A stretch of 64,000 bases of DNA. Origin: an uncultured Clostridia bacterium. Its GTDB lineage: Bacteria; Bacillota; Clostridia; TANB77; CAG-508. The translations under genes and the position numbers were made by a program. Shown piece after piece: positions 52,838-63,169 of this stretch. Numbering within the stretch: position 1 is the first letter of the stretch; each line of letters opens with the position of its first letter. A model generated the notes under the pieces. It was not told where the DNA came from. It was given only the letters and a program-made list of their open reading frames with translations, and did not search any database. The stretch spans positions 4,123 through 68,122 of the forward strand of contig CANSTR010000003.1 of assembly GCA_947649935.1 (NCBI GenBank). The letters run 5' to 3'.

Positions 52838-54559
52838 CTATATATTTGCACATAATAATTTTTTGTTAGATTTATTTTGATTTTCTTTTATAAAATCTAT
52901 TGCCTTTTTATATTCATTTTCATATCTAAACTGTATTGTAATTTTGTTATCTTCGTGAACATATATCGTATCAATCAACGAATCAATAATTTCTGGTGTT
53001 AATTCTTTTATTTTTTGATATTTTTTCAAATTTTCTATCCAGTCATTTCTAGCTGTTTTTTCTGTTATTTCTCTTTTTTGTTCTTGTAATTTTTGCAACA
53101 ATTCAGTTTTTTCAATTACTTCATCATTATAAGATTGTATATATTTTTGATATTCTTTTTCAGTAATATTTCCTATTTTCCAATCCTCATAAACTGACCT
53201 TTTCAAAACTTTTTGTTTTAATAGTTCTCTTTCTGCAATATCTATCTGTTTTTGTATATTTTCTTTTTCTCCATTTGAAAACTTTATTTTTCTTATCTCT
53301 TTTATTGTATTATCTATTTCAATAGACAACTTAACTTGAAATCTTATTGTTTCTAATACAGCCTCTCTTAAAGTTTCTTCTTTTATATAATGTTTTGTGC
53401 ATAATATATCTGACCTATTTGCGTGAGTTGAACAATGATAGTAGTTCTTTTTAGGCTTGTCCTTATATACATAAGTTCCTTTTAGCATTGCCATTTTACA
53501 GTCTGCACATCTTAAATGTCCTGCAAATATGGATTTAGTTCCTTTTCTTTTTTCTGTTTTAGGTCTTTTTCTACTTTCTAAAATTTCTTGTACCTCATCA
53601 AAAGTTGCTCTATCAATTATTGCTTTATGTGTATTTTCCACTATTGCCCACTCCTCTTTTGGTTTATATATTTTTTTATGATTTTTATAGCTTTCATAAG
53701 TGCTTTTACCCTGTATCATATCTCCACAATATATTTGATTTGTTAGTATTTGCATTATACTAGACATTTCCCAAGTATATTTTATTTCTTCTTTTGTTTC
53801 TTCTTTTAAAATATGTCCACATTTTATTTTTTGTACTTTCCTTTTATAGCCTGTTGGGTTTATTATCTTTTGTCGATTTAACATTTTAGCTATTGCTGTT
53901 CCACTTTTCCCCTCCTTTGCCCAATTAAATATTTGTCTAACAACATTTGCTGGCTCTGGGTCAATTACTAAATGATTAGGGTTTTGTTTGTCTTTCATAT
54001 ATCCATAAGGTGCTACACTTCCAATAAATTCTCCATTTTTTCTTTTGGTTTCAAAAGCTGTCCTTATCTTCTTTGATAAATCTCTCGAATATTCTTCATT
54101 CATTAAACTTTTTAATGCAACATTTAAGTTCTTTATTGAATCTGGTTTTAAATAACTATCAATGTTATCGCTAACTGATATAAATCTAATATTAAATATA
54201 GGAAAAATCTGCTCAATATAATTTCCTACTTCAACAAAATTTCTTCCTAATCTTGATAAATCTTTCACAATAATTACATTGATTTTTTCATCTTTCATAT
54301 CATTTAGAAGTCTTTGAAAATTTGGTCTATTAGAATTTGTTCCAGAATAGCCATCATCTGCATAAAAATCATATACTTGAATATCTGTATTATATTGCAA
54401 AAAATCGTTCAATAATTCTCTTTGATTAGTTATACTATTACTTTCGTCTTTATCGTTTCTGTCCTCAGCTGATAACCTTATATATATACCTGCGTTCCAA
54501 TTAGGAACTATAACCTTATTGTTGTAAATTTTATATTTTCCTTTTCTACCTCTTTTCAT
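52838..54559 (-). CDS. Large serine recombinase (resolvase, recombinase, zinc ribbon, coiled coil)
   Basis: YIRLSAED, DDGYSGTN..RPNFQ, VKDLSRLGRN, APYGY, FAGHLRCADC. Confidence 0.93.
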   Translation of the reverse strand: MKRGRKGKYKIYNNKVIVPNWNAGIYIRLSAEDRNDKDESNSITNQRELLNDFLQYNTDIQVYDFYADDGYSGTNSNRPNFQRLLNDMKDEKINVIIVKDLSRLGRNFVEVGNYIEQIFPIFNIRFISVSDNIDSYLKPDSIKNLNVALKSLMNEEYSRDLSKKIRTAFETKRKNGEFIGSVAPYGYMKDKQNPNHLVIDPEPANVVRQIFNWAKEGKSGTAIAKMLNRQKIINPTGYKRKVQKIKCGHILKEETKEEIKYTWEMSSIMQILTNQIYCGDMIQGKSTYESYKNHKKIYKPKEEWAIVENTHKAIIDRATFDEVQEILESRKRPKTEKRKGTKSIFAGHLRCADCKMAMLKGTYVYKDKPKKNYYHCSTHANRSDILCTKHYIKEETLREAVLETIRFQVKLSIEIDNTIKEIRKIKFSNGEKENIQKQIDIAERELLKQKVLKRSVYEDWKIGNITEKEYQKYIQSYNDEVIEKTELLQKLQEQKREITEKTARNDWIENLKKYQKIKELTPEIIDSLIDTIYVHEDNKITIQFRYENEYKKAIDFIKENQNKSNKKLLCANI

Positions 54560-54648
54560 TTTTTCTCCTACCTTTAACATTGAATAAATTGTATATTTTT
54601 TCAGTCAGTATGTGAAATGTGCATTTTAAATTTTTTTAACATTTGACA

Positions 54649-54942
54649 TTAGCAATTTTTTAGATATAAATCTTTTAGTGCTTTGTTAATACAATTATTG
54701 GCTGTTATATTTGAATTATTTGAAAATTCCATTTTCACAATTACTCCATTTACTTTTATTACATAAGGATTTTCAGTTGAACGCAAAAAATCAAGTATTC
54801 GCTCAACACTTGATTTTTTCTTATTGATTTTTATATCTTTAATATCTTTTACCTTTTCTATATTTATATTTTCTATATCTATATTTTCACATTCTTGTAT
54901 CATCTTTTCTAGCTTTACTAAATTATTTACCCTTTTTATCAC
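54649..54942 (-). CDS. DUF6870-like protein typical upstream of recombinase clusters
   Basis: DIKDIKI......ERI.DF.....NPY.IKV.G..VKMEF pattern. Confidence 0.7.
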   Translation of the reverse strand: MIKRVNNLVKLEKMIQECENIDIENINIEKVKDIKDIKINKKKSSVERILDFLRSTENPYVIKVNGVIVKMEFSNNSNITANNCINKALKDLYLKNC

Positions 54943-55363
54943 TTTCCTCCACCTCTTTAATATCTTCTTTTAACTCTGGAAAAACCGATTCTAGTATAAC
55001 CTCTGCCTCTTTCATTATTTTTCTAGGGTGGTGCGTATGGATCTCGCTTAAAAATTCTTTAACAATTTTTTCGTCTGTTATTTGTATTTCTCTATTTATA
55101 AGTACATAAAATATACAAATAGCATAAGAAATAAAGTCATCTGCTGATAAAATCCAATTAAAATTTATTCTATTTAATAATTCAGTATTAACTCCTTTTA
55201 TCTCTGTACTATTAAGATTTTCTTGTGCTACTTCTACTATATCTTTCAATATATCTCCAAGTCCATTTTGATTTACATTCTGTTCATATCTTTTATAACC
55301 TAAAATATAATAGCTTACAGCCTCCTTAATAGCATACTTTTTATTTCTTACATTTTTTTTCAT
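54923..55363 (-). CDS. Hypothetical protein
   Basis: AGGAGG RBS, overlapping downstream gene. Confidence 0.65.
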   Translation of the reverse strand: MKKNVRNKKYAIKEAVSYYILGYKRYEQNVNQNGLGDILKDIVEVAQENLNSTEIKGVNTELLNRINFNWILSADDFISYAICIFYVLINREIQITDEKIVKEFLSEIHTHHPRKIMKEAEVILESVFPELKEDIKEVEESDKKGK

Positions 55364-55393
55364 TAAAATTTCCTCCTATACTAAAAACAAGCC

Positions 55394-55936
55394 CTATCTG
55401 GACTTGTCATTTCTATTTTTCAATTCTTTTTTCTTTATATCTCTAGCTAATTTTTCAAAGCCTAATTTTTTAAAAGTTTCTATATAATGTTTTCTATTGA
55501 TACACTCTCCATTAAGAGTAACTATATCAACATTTTTCATAAAATTATTTTCAAATAAACTTGTTAATTTTGCAGGATTTCTAAATAACCTTGAAATATC
55601 TGTTACAACTATTTGCTTGATTTTTCCTGCTTTTATATCTTCTATGAGTTTATCTAATGCCTCTCTATCTTCAGATAGTCCATTTTTTCTAACATCTATA
55701 TAATGTACTCTGTTTGTTATATTGTGCTTTTTGCAATATTCTTCTAGTCTATCTCTTTGAGAATAAATATCTGCATTTACCATATCTCCATCTACTCTAT
55801 TTGTTCTCATATATAGTGCAACAACCTTTTTCTGCTTTTTGTTTTCTATTTTTTCGTCAATATAGTAATCTAGTTGTTCTATATTTCCAACTCTCATATA
55901 CATACCAACATTTCCTTTTTTATTTACAATTTCCAT
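55394..55936 (-). CDS. Resolvase catalytic-domain-like protein, probably inactive
   Basis: VALYMRTN (N where the catalytic S usually lies), QRDRLEEYC, VTDISRLFRN; no DNA-binding domain. Confidence 0.7.
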   Translation of the reverse strand: MEIVNKKGNVGMYMRVGNIEQLDYYIDEKIENKKQKKVVALYMRTNRVDGDMVNADIYSQRDRLEEYCKKHNITNRVHYIDVRKNGLSEDREALDKLIEDIKAGKIKQIVVTDISRLFRNPAKLTSLFENNFMKNVDIVTLNGECINRKHYIETFKKLGFEKLARDIKKKELKNRNDKSR

Positions 55937-56297
55937 AGCCGTTCCTTTCTTGTAAATCGGTCGCTATTTTTATAGCATTGTTTACAATTTCTATATATTT
56001 TTCTGGTAGTATATCTATTCGGTGTAATAATCTTTTTTTATCAATTACTTTTATTTGTTCTGCCATTATTGTAGCCTCGTACTTCATTTTTCCGAATTTA
56101 TTTATTCTTATATGAGTAGGAATAGCAAATCGTTCTTCGATTCTTTTAGTCATAGGAATAATTATTGTTGTTGTGCTATGTTTATTTCCTATGTCATTTT
56201 GAATAATTAGAACAGGTCTTATTCCTCTTTCCTCACTTCCTACTGTATTTCCTAAATTAGCAAGATATATTTCATTTCTTCTAATTCTATTTATCAT
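55920..56297 (-). CDS. PemK/MazF-family endoribonuclease
   Basis: IYLANLG..VGSEERGIRPVLIIQND.GN.HS.TTI..PMT, EQIK.IDK.RL. Confidence 0.9.
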   Translation of the reverse strand: MINRIRRNEIYLANLGNTVGSEERGIRPVLIIQNDIGNKHSTTTIIIPMTKRIEERFAIPTHIRINKFGKMKYEATIMAEQIKVIDKKRLLHRIDILPEKYIEIVNNAIKIATDLQERNGYGNCK

Positions 56298-56454
56298 TGT
56301 TTTGCCTCCTGCAATTATTTTTTAATTGTTCCATCTGCTCTATATCTTCCATTTCTCTTTCTTCAGCTGTTTTGCACTTATTAGCTCCTAATAGCAATAA
56401 ATACATAAAAACTGCAATTATAAACATATCTATTAGTAAAATTCTTAATATCAT
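56287..56454 (-). CDS. 55-aa single-TM peptide upstream of PemK
   Basis: MILRILLIDMFIIAVFMYLLLLGANKCKTAEEREMEDIEQMEQLKNNCRRQNNDK; AAGGA RBS; overlaps PemK start. Confidence 0.6.
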   Translation of the reverse strand: MILRILLIDMFIIAVFMYLLLLGANKCKTAEEREMEDIEQMEQLKNNCRRQNNDK

Positions 56455-56911
56455 TGTTTGGTTTTCCTTTCTGTATGTTAAAAAGAACTCTAAAATGTTT
56501 TAGAGGTATATTGATATTGCATACCTTAATTTTAGAGTTCTTATTGTTTATTTACTTTTATACCTTTATCATCATTCATTAGACAGATATTTTGCGTATA
56601 TCTTCATAGGTGTATTCGGCATACCCTACCTGTTACACAGGCTTGTCCTCAATGCGTGGGACGGTTTTTTCTCGCTCGTGCTATGACTAGACAAAAGTTT
56701 CTTTCCTTTTACACTCGTCTTCGCCTTATTAGTTGCAAGCTAATATTTAAGTAATATGAAATTACTAGCTCAAGTAATCAAAGGACTGTATCTAATGAAC
56801 TGTTATTCAATTTTCAAAGTGCTTTTTTACTCTCTTTTAAAGAAAAACAAGTAAGAGATTTTACCCTCTCACTTGTTTGTGCAGAAAATTGAATTTTGTC
56901 AGGGTATAAAT

Positions 56912-57388
56912 TTAAAATTTTTCAAAAAATTTTTTTAATTTCTTTATACCCCAGTCAATACTCTCTTGTACCGACTGTTTAGAACAGCTCTCTATTCTTG
57001 CTATTTCTTCCATAGACAACTGATAATCATAATACAATAAAATTCTTCGCCTTTGCTGTTTTGTCAGCTTGTCCATTGCCTTATGTAATTTTTCATTATT
57101 GATCCTGTTTATTACAACTTCATCTATATTTGCTTGTTTTTCAAATGCTCTTTTATTTAATGTTGTTTCTGTAACTGCATTCAGTTCATTATGTCTTGCA
57201 ATTTCTTGTATTTGTCTTGCGTCCTCTTTTTCAAATTCGTCAAGCTCGTTAAATATTTCTTTTGTTATATCAATACTAATCATTTCATTTTTATTAGAAA
57301 ATGTAACTTTATATACATTTTTCTCTATTTCACTATGTAAAATATATGGATTATATTTATCCCTAGTTCTTTTAGGTCTTTTATCCAC
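56912..57388 (-). CDS. Sigma-70 region 4 (sigma-factor-like) regulator
   Basis: L.KAMDKLTKQQRRRI.LYY...LSMEEIARIE.CSKQSV..SI; GGAGG RBS with GTG start. Confidence 0.85.
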   Translation of the reverse strand: MDKRPKRTRDKYNPYILHSEIEKNVYKVTFSNKNEMISIDITKEIFNELDEFEKEDARQIQEIARHNELNAVTETTLNKRAFEKQANIDEVVINRINNEKLHKAMDKLTKQQRRRILLYYDYQLSMEEIARIESCSKQSVQESIDWGIKKLKKFFEKF

Positions 57389-57828
57389 TTTCTTTCCTCC
57401 TATCGACTCAAATTTTTTGAATCGACAGTTGGAGGAGCTCGTGGAGAAAAATATAAAATTATAATTTTTATGTTTATAAAAGTATAAAAGAGATTAAATT
57501 TACTAAAATGAGTGAATTTAATCTCTTTTATAATTTCATATAAGCATACTAGCGTTTTTAAGATACTAAATAATAACAACTCATTCTCCCTAAAAATGCT
57601 TTCCTAATTGTCATTGTTATTATTTCTTCGCTAGTACATTTTTTATTTTTCTTATGTAAAAAAGCATACAAAACCTCGTATGCTTTCTTAATTTATATAT
57701 CTTATTTTTCTAAATAATTCTACAACTTTTACTCTTTTTCTTTCGTTTTGTAGTACATTCCTACAAAAAAGCATTTTTTTTATAATAAAATGCTATTGTG
57801 TATTACTGTCAGTAAGGAGGAAACAAGT

Positions 57829-58086
57829 ATGCAATCTAAAAAATTTAATGATAAATCAAATGTTATTGGACAAACTGTAAGAAAATACCGAATGCAAAAA
57901 GGTTATACCCAAGAACAGCTTTGTCAACAATTAGATTTGTTAGGATTGAACTTATATCACTCCGACATTCATCTTATTGAAAATAATAAGCGTATTGTTA
58001 AAGATTACGAAGCTTTTGCCTTTGCAAAAATATTTGGTATTACATTAGATGACCTTTATATTGAGGCTTATAAAGATTTTTCGTAA
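57829..58086 (+). CDS. XRE-family HTH regulator, divergent from the sigma-like gene
   Basis: N.IG..VRKYR..KGYTQEQL...L...G......I..IE...R.V.DYE; AAGGAGG RBS. Confidence 0.85.
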   Translation: MQSKKFNDKSNVIGQTVRKYRMQKGYTQEQLCQQLDLLGLNLYHSDIHLIENNKRIVKDYEAFAFAKIFGITLDDLYIEAYKDFS

Positions 58087-58207
58087 TTTTCTAACATTTT
58101 TCTATTAAGCATTCATATAATATTGTAAAAAAATGGAGATTAAGTAGAGTTAAGATATTGTTTTGGTGTAGTTTTGATATAAAATGAATTTTTAAGAAAA
58201 TAAAAAT

Positions 58208-58245
58208 AGAGTATTGATAAAGTTGAATCTATCAATACTCTTTTA
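58208..58245. terminator. Bidirectional terminator between convergent genes
   Basis: AGAGTATTGATA/TATCAATACTCT stem with A and T flanks. Confidence 0.65.
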
Positions 58246-58269
58246 TTGTGAATAAAATAAGCTTAGATT

Positions 58270-58674
58270 TTATTTAAGTTTATAGCCTGCACCTCTAACA
58301 GTTTCTATAATATCATTTCCTAATTTTTTTCTTATATTTTTAATATGTGTATTTACTATTTTTTCATCTCCGAAATAATCATAACTCCAGACAGTATTTA
58401 ACAGATTATCTCTTGAAAAAACTTTATGAGGATTTTCCATAAATGATTTTAATATTTCAAATTCCTTTGTTGTCAAAAATACTTTTGTTCCATTTTGCAT
58501 TACTTCATAATTTTCCTTATTTAAAGTAATATTCTTATAATGCATTATATTATTATTTTTTGATTTGTCTATTTCAGATATTGTAGTAATGTCTGTAATT
58601 GATATCTCAGTAGATATTTCATTCAAGAATTTATCTATTAACTTATCATCTTGTATTATCAATATTTTTGGCAT
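58270..58674 (-). CDS. OmpR-type winged-helix regulator with truncated receiver domain
   Basis: LTTKEFEIL, VFSRDNLLNTVW, VNTHIKNIRKKL, TVRGAGYK; only about 45 aa of N-terminus. Confidence 0.8.
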   Translation of the reverse strand: MPKILIIQDDKLIDKFLNEISTEISITDITTISEIDKSKNNNIMHYKNITLNKENYEVMQNGTKVFLTTKEFEILKSFMENPHKVFSRDNLLNTVWSYDYFGDEKIVNTHIKNIRKKLGNDIIETVRGAGYKLK

Positions 58675-58748
58675 ACAATTCTCCCCCCTCTATTAGTATT
58701 GTCTTTCAAATATTTTGTAAATTATATATGCAATTTGTTTTTCTTACT

Positions 58749-61022
58749 CTATGTAAATGAATATAGATATATTGGATATAAAGAAAAACATTTCATAAAA
58801 TCGAAACCTAGCAAAATTAATAATACTGGTATGCCAAGTATTAAAATTCCAAAAAAGATTGTTTGTATATTACTTTTTCGCCATCCTGAAAAAGTAAATA
58901 TGATACTACTTATAATTAATCCTGTACATACTTGTAAAAATAATTTTAGCAATATTAATCCAATAATAGGCATTCCAAAAAATAAATTATGATAAATAGG
59001 TATATCTCTTGTTGATAAGAACAATCCATTTATTGGAAATGCTTTAGATACACTAATAAATCTACAAATAAATGGCAAAATGCAAAATGCTACTGTTAAA
59101 ATGATTGATGTCTTGACTTTGGACTTGATAATTTCTTTCTTACCTTTTTTAGTTGCACTAAATAAGTTCCACGCTTTATTTTGATTTTCCATAGACATAA
59201 TATTGCTAAAAACAAATATTAAACCTAATGTAAGTAAAATAAAATCATTAAGTACTTCATTATTACCCATTATTCCAAATAAATATAAATATCCTGTATC
59301 ATATATATAATTTCTGTTATCTTCATTAACAAAATTATATTGTTCTAAAACTCGTTCAAATGTCGGATAAAATGCTGTTATCCTATACCATTCTATTTTC
59401 ATCATATCCCCTGTTATTGGGTTAATTTTTCCAGAATCAACACATTGATCTATTTCTTTAATTTTTGAAAAAGCTTCACTATATCTTGCTTTTTCAGTTT
59501 CAATAAGTTTTATTTTTTCATCTGTTTGTTCTCGCTCTAATTTCAACATAATATTTTTATAATATTGTTCCTGCACGGATGGAGTATATGTCCTTTTTAA
59601 TTCGTTACAGCATATTAAAACACTAAATATTAAAATGATTATAATTCCCTTATTAGTAATTATAGTTTTATAAAATTCGTGTCTTAACAATGATGTGTGA
59701 GGATGAAATTTTAATGCAAAGTTCTTTGTAGATTTCCTTATTTCTAAACTCTTTCCTCTTAAAAAGAATATATAACATAGTACAGTTCCTATTATAATCG
59801 CAATAATTATAATAAACCAAGCCAAAAGTGTTTGAGCAATTGGATAATTAAACAAATTAAAATTTAGATACGAGCCATATAAATTTTCAGTTTTTAAAAT
59901 ACCAAATATATTCAAATATTTTATAATATTTAAACTTGATACTGCTGGTATCAAATTATATAACAACCAACTAATTGCTAAAAAGAATATTCCAAACATA
60001 TAAGGTAATATTATACTATCTAAAGCAATGCAAATTGCTGTAAGTATTGTACTAATTCCAAATATTAACATTCCTTTAGTTAATATTGAAATAATAAGAT
60101 ATTCTAATATATTTATTGAAAAATTACTTTCCATATATGGTGCCAATGATTGCAATTTTATTGTAAGATTACACCAGCCACTAGATATCCCAAAAAATAA
60201 ATAATTTATTAAGAAAAATATAAAACTAAACACAATACAATGAACAAATAATGCTAAAATCTTTGCTATAATACTGTGTTCTATACCATATTTTGTACTA
60301 CGAGTAATATTGAATAATTTTTTCTCTTTTTCTTCAGATATTAAATTTCCTATAAATAAAAATGTAATCAAAATCAAAAGAACATCAGTCCAAATATTTT
60401 CAGTAGTAGATACAATAGTTTTTGAAGGCGTAAAAGTAATTCCATTAGCATTTAAGCTATTATAATCTTTAGCACTTTTTTCAATACTACGAGAAGAATA
60501 ACTATTTTCATCTTGATTACTAAAAATAGAAATTCCATCTAATTTACTTTTATTATTTTTTATATTTTCTAAATAAGAATTATAATTTGATACTTTGACT
60601 ATCTCATCATACATCTCATTAATAAATGCTTTTTCCTGTTCAAAGGAGTGTGTAAAATGCAAGTAATTTCCAGATTCGTATATTTTATAGTAAGTTTCAA
60701 ATACACCCGGATTTTCATTTATTTGTTGTTCTGTAAAAAAAACTCCCATTTCACTATTTCTCATATTCAGTATTTCAATTACAAATGAAATACCATCAAT
60801 ATCTTTTTTTAAATTATTTACATATTCCATTTTTTCATTTTCTGACATTTTAGATATTTTAGTTTGAAATATTTTATATGCCGAAAGTGATGGTTTGTTA
60901 TCATTTTCCAAATTTGCATACCACATAAAAAATACATTTATAATAAGTAATAAACAAGTAATGAAGATAAAACTCCTTTTCCCCCATATTTTCCTTAATT
61001 CAAAATTAACTAATTGTAACAT
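58749..61022 (-). CDS. ABC-2-type permease (two TM clusters)
   Basis: FELRKI start, repeated TM blocks, adjacent to ATPase. Confidence 0.75.
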   Translation of the reverse strand: MLQLVNFELRKIWGKRSFIFITCLLLIINVFFMWYANLENDNKPSLSAYKIFQTKISKMSENEKMEYVNNLKKDIDGISFVIEILNMRNSEMGVFFTEQQINENPGVFETYYKIYESGNYLHFTHSFEQEKAFINEMYDEIVKVSNYNSYLENIKNNKSKLDGISIFSNQDENSYSSRSIEKSAKDYNSLNANGITFTPSKTIVSTTENIWTDVLLILITFLFIGNLISEEKEKKLFNITRSTKYGIEHSIIAKILALFVHCIVFSFIFFLINYLFFGISSGWCNLTIKLQSLAPYMESNFSINILEYLIISILTKGMLIFGISTILTAICIALDSIILPYMFGIFFLAISWLLYNLIPAVSSLNIIKYLNIFGILKTENLYGSYLNFNLFNYPIAQTLLAWFIIIIAIIIGTVLCYIFFLRGKSLEIRKSTKNFALKFHPHTSLLRHEFYKTIITNKGIIIILIFSVLICCNELKRTYTPSVQEQYYKNIMLKLEREQTDEKIKLIETEKARYSEAFSKIKEIDQCVDSGKINPITGDMMKIEWYRITAFYPTFERVLEQYNFVNEDNRNYIYDTGYLYLFGIMGNNEVLNDFILLTLGLIFVFSNIMSMENQNKAWNLFSATKKGKKEIIKSKVKTSIILTVAFCILPFICRFISVSKAFPINGLFLSTRDIPIYHNLFFGMPIIGLILLKLFLQVCTGLIISSIIFTFSGWRKSNIQTIFFGILILGIPVLLILLGFDFMKCFSLYPIYLYSFT

Positions 61023-61025
61023 ATT

Positions 61026-61754
61026 TTATTCATCTCCAAATATTTTCATATATACATCTTCTAAATTAGAAACATTGTATTTTTGGCAAAGCTTTTCTAC
61101 AGAATCCTCGTCAATAATTTTTCCCTTTTTAATAAGAATAATTTTCTTTGCAATAGATTCAATATCGGATACAACGTGAGTAGAAACTAAAATTATCTTT
61201 TCTTTAGATAGTTTTGAAATTCTTTCCCTTATCCTCACTCTTTCTTTAGGATCTAATCCTGCTGTTGGCTCATCCAATATAACTATTTTCGGATTTCCTA
61301 ATATTGCTTGTGCAATTAAAATTCTTTGCTTCATTCCACCTGAATATGTTCCTATTTTTTGATGAGCAACATTAGTCATATTTACATAATTTAAAACTCG
61401 ATTAATTTCTTCCTCTACTTCCTTTCTTGAAATGCCTTTCAAAGTTGCCATATATGAAAGAAATCTAATACCTGAAAAACTGTCATACATACCTTGTTGT
61501 TGAGGAGCGTATCCCAACAAACTTCTATAATTTGCTCCTAATTTTTTTATTTCTTTTTCGTCCCATTTTACAATTCCATTACTTGGCTCTAAATTTCCAG
61601 TAATTATGTTCATAAGAGTTGATTTTCCTGCACCATTTGGACCGAGAAGTCCATAAATTCCATTATCAAGTGTTAAAGATATGTCATTAAGTGCCTCTTT
61701 TGTTTTATATCTTTTTGAAATATTACAAAGTTCCAACATTTTATATTCCCCCAT
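61026..61754 (-). CDS. ABC transporter ATP-binding protein
   Basis: GPNGAGKST, YSGGMKQR, ILDEPTAGLDP, STH. Confidence 0.93.
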   Translation of the reverse strand: MGEYKMLELCNISKRYKTKEALNDISLTLDNGIYGLLGPNGAGKSTLMNIITGNLEPSNGIVKWDEKEIKKLGANYRSLLGYAPQQQGMYDSFSGIRFLSYMATLKGISRKEVEEEINRVLNYVNMTNVAHQKIGTYSGGMKQRILIAQAILGNPKIVILDEPTAGLDPKERVRIRERISKLSKEKIILVSTHVVSDIESIAKKIILIKKGKIIDEDSVEKLCQKYNVSNLEDVYMKIFGDE

Positions 61755-63120
61755 AAATCATTTTAACTTTTTTAAAACTGTCTTTTCCTGTATACAAGTC
61801 ACTTTTACTAATTATTCCATATTTATTTTCTTTCGTAGTATACGAGCCATCATTGTTATAAGTTACATCTGAATCATATATTGCTAAAACTTCATCTCCA
61901 CTCACAGCAATAATATCTAAACTGTTTTTTACTGTTTTGTTTATAAGACTAGAATGACTAACTTCCCCTGTATTAGTGTCAACAAAATATGATGTTGTAT
62001 CGTTAGAAGCGTACTCTTGACATAATATTTTATCTCCTATAATCATACTAATATAATTTTGAGATAGTTTTGCTAAAACATTAGATTTCCCTGTTTTTAA
62101 ATCTATTTTTAAAACTTCATTACTTCCATCTTTAGAATAATATAAATAATCTTTACCAACAGTATAAGACCTAGATAAAGGTGCATATATACTATATATT
62201 TTATTTAATGAACCATCTGCAATATTAAAAGTTGCAAAAACATCAGAAGACTTAGTATAAATTTCATTATTTTCTCCATTTTTCTCTTCATTTGAAACTT
62301 TACGTCCGAAATCTATACCATACAACACTAAAAGATTGTCACTACTTCCAATGACTTCCCAATCAATGTTATCCTTAAAATCCATAGAGAATACAGTATT
62401 TTCTTTTTTTGTATTTACATCTATATAAATTAATTTTCGTTCTTTAGAAATTGTGTAAGCATTTCCACTAGTATATTCGTTTGTAATTTTTTTTGTAACA
62501 AAATATAATTTATTTTCACTACCAATGGTAAAATCTTCTACCATAACATTAGAGTCAAAGGTATAAACTTTTTCTCTATTTGTTCCGTCTAAATTTAATC
62601 TGTATAATACAGATGATTTGCTTTCTGCTGTCTTATTTGAGGATTCCCCCAAAACTCCTATTGAAACTTGCCCATCATTATCAGGTATTTTGCTTAATAT
62701 ATATATTTTTCCATTAAAAACAAATAATAGTGAGCCTATTTCAAATTCATTTTTTGTAAACACAGATGTACAATCTTCTGTATTATGAGTACAAGCACTG
62801 TTATTACATAAGTGTATTTCCTGTTTTGTTTTGAAATCGATATACATTAGATGTGTAGCAAACTTCCCATTAGGTAATCGATCATAATCATCACTTAAAT
62901 AATAATATCCATCATTTGTAGTAGCCTTATTGGGCTTATTTGTTAAAAAAGTTAAACTTTTTATACTTTTATTATCATTATTTTTTTTATTATCATTTTC
63001 TGGAACAAATATTTCTGTTATTTCTCCTATCTCTGTTATATTGTTTTTGTATTTAAAGAAAACAAATATTCCTCCAATCAATATTAAAATTATAGTCAAT
63101 ATTATAAGTATCTTTTTCAT
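61741..63120 (-). CDS. Exported or anchored beta-rich protein
   Basis: N-terminal TM; LCNNSACTHNTEDC motif; LYRLNLDG beta-propeller-like repeats. Confidence 0.65.
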   Translation of the reverse strand: MKKILIILTIILILIGGIFVFFKYKNNITEIGEITEIFVPENDNKKNNDNKSIKSLTFLTNKPNKATTNDGYYYLSDDYDRLPNGKFATHLMYIDFKTKQEIHLCNNSACTHNTEDCTSVFTKNEFEIGSLLFVFNGKIYILSKIPDNDGQVSIGVLGESSNKTAESKSSVLYRLNLDGTNREKVYTFDSNVMVEDFTIGSENKLYFVTKKITNEYTSGNAYTISKERKLIYIDVNTKKENTVFSMDFKDNIDWEVIGSSDNLLVLYGIDFGRKVSNEEKNGENNEIYTKSSDVFATFNIADGSLNKIYSIYAPLSRSYTVGKDYLYYSKDGSNEVLKIDLKTGKSNVLAKLSQNYISMIIGDKILCQEYASNDTTSYFVDTNTGEVSHSSLINKTVKNSLDIIAVSGDEVLAIYDSDVTYNNDGSYTTKENKYGIISKSDLYTGKDSFKKVKMIYGGI

Positions 63121-63169
63121 TTAAAATCATTCCTTTCTTACTTATTAAAATATTTTTAAATTTTTATTA

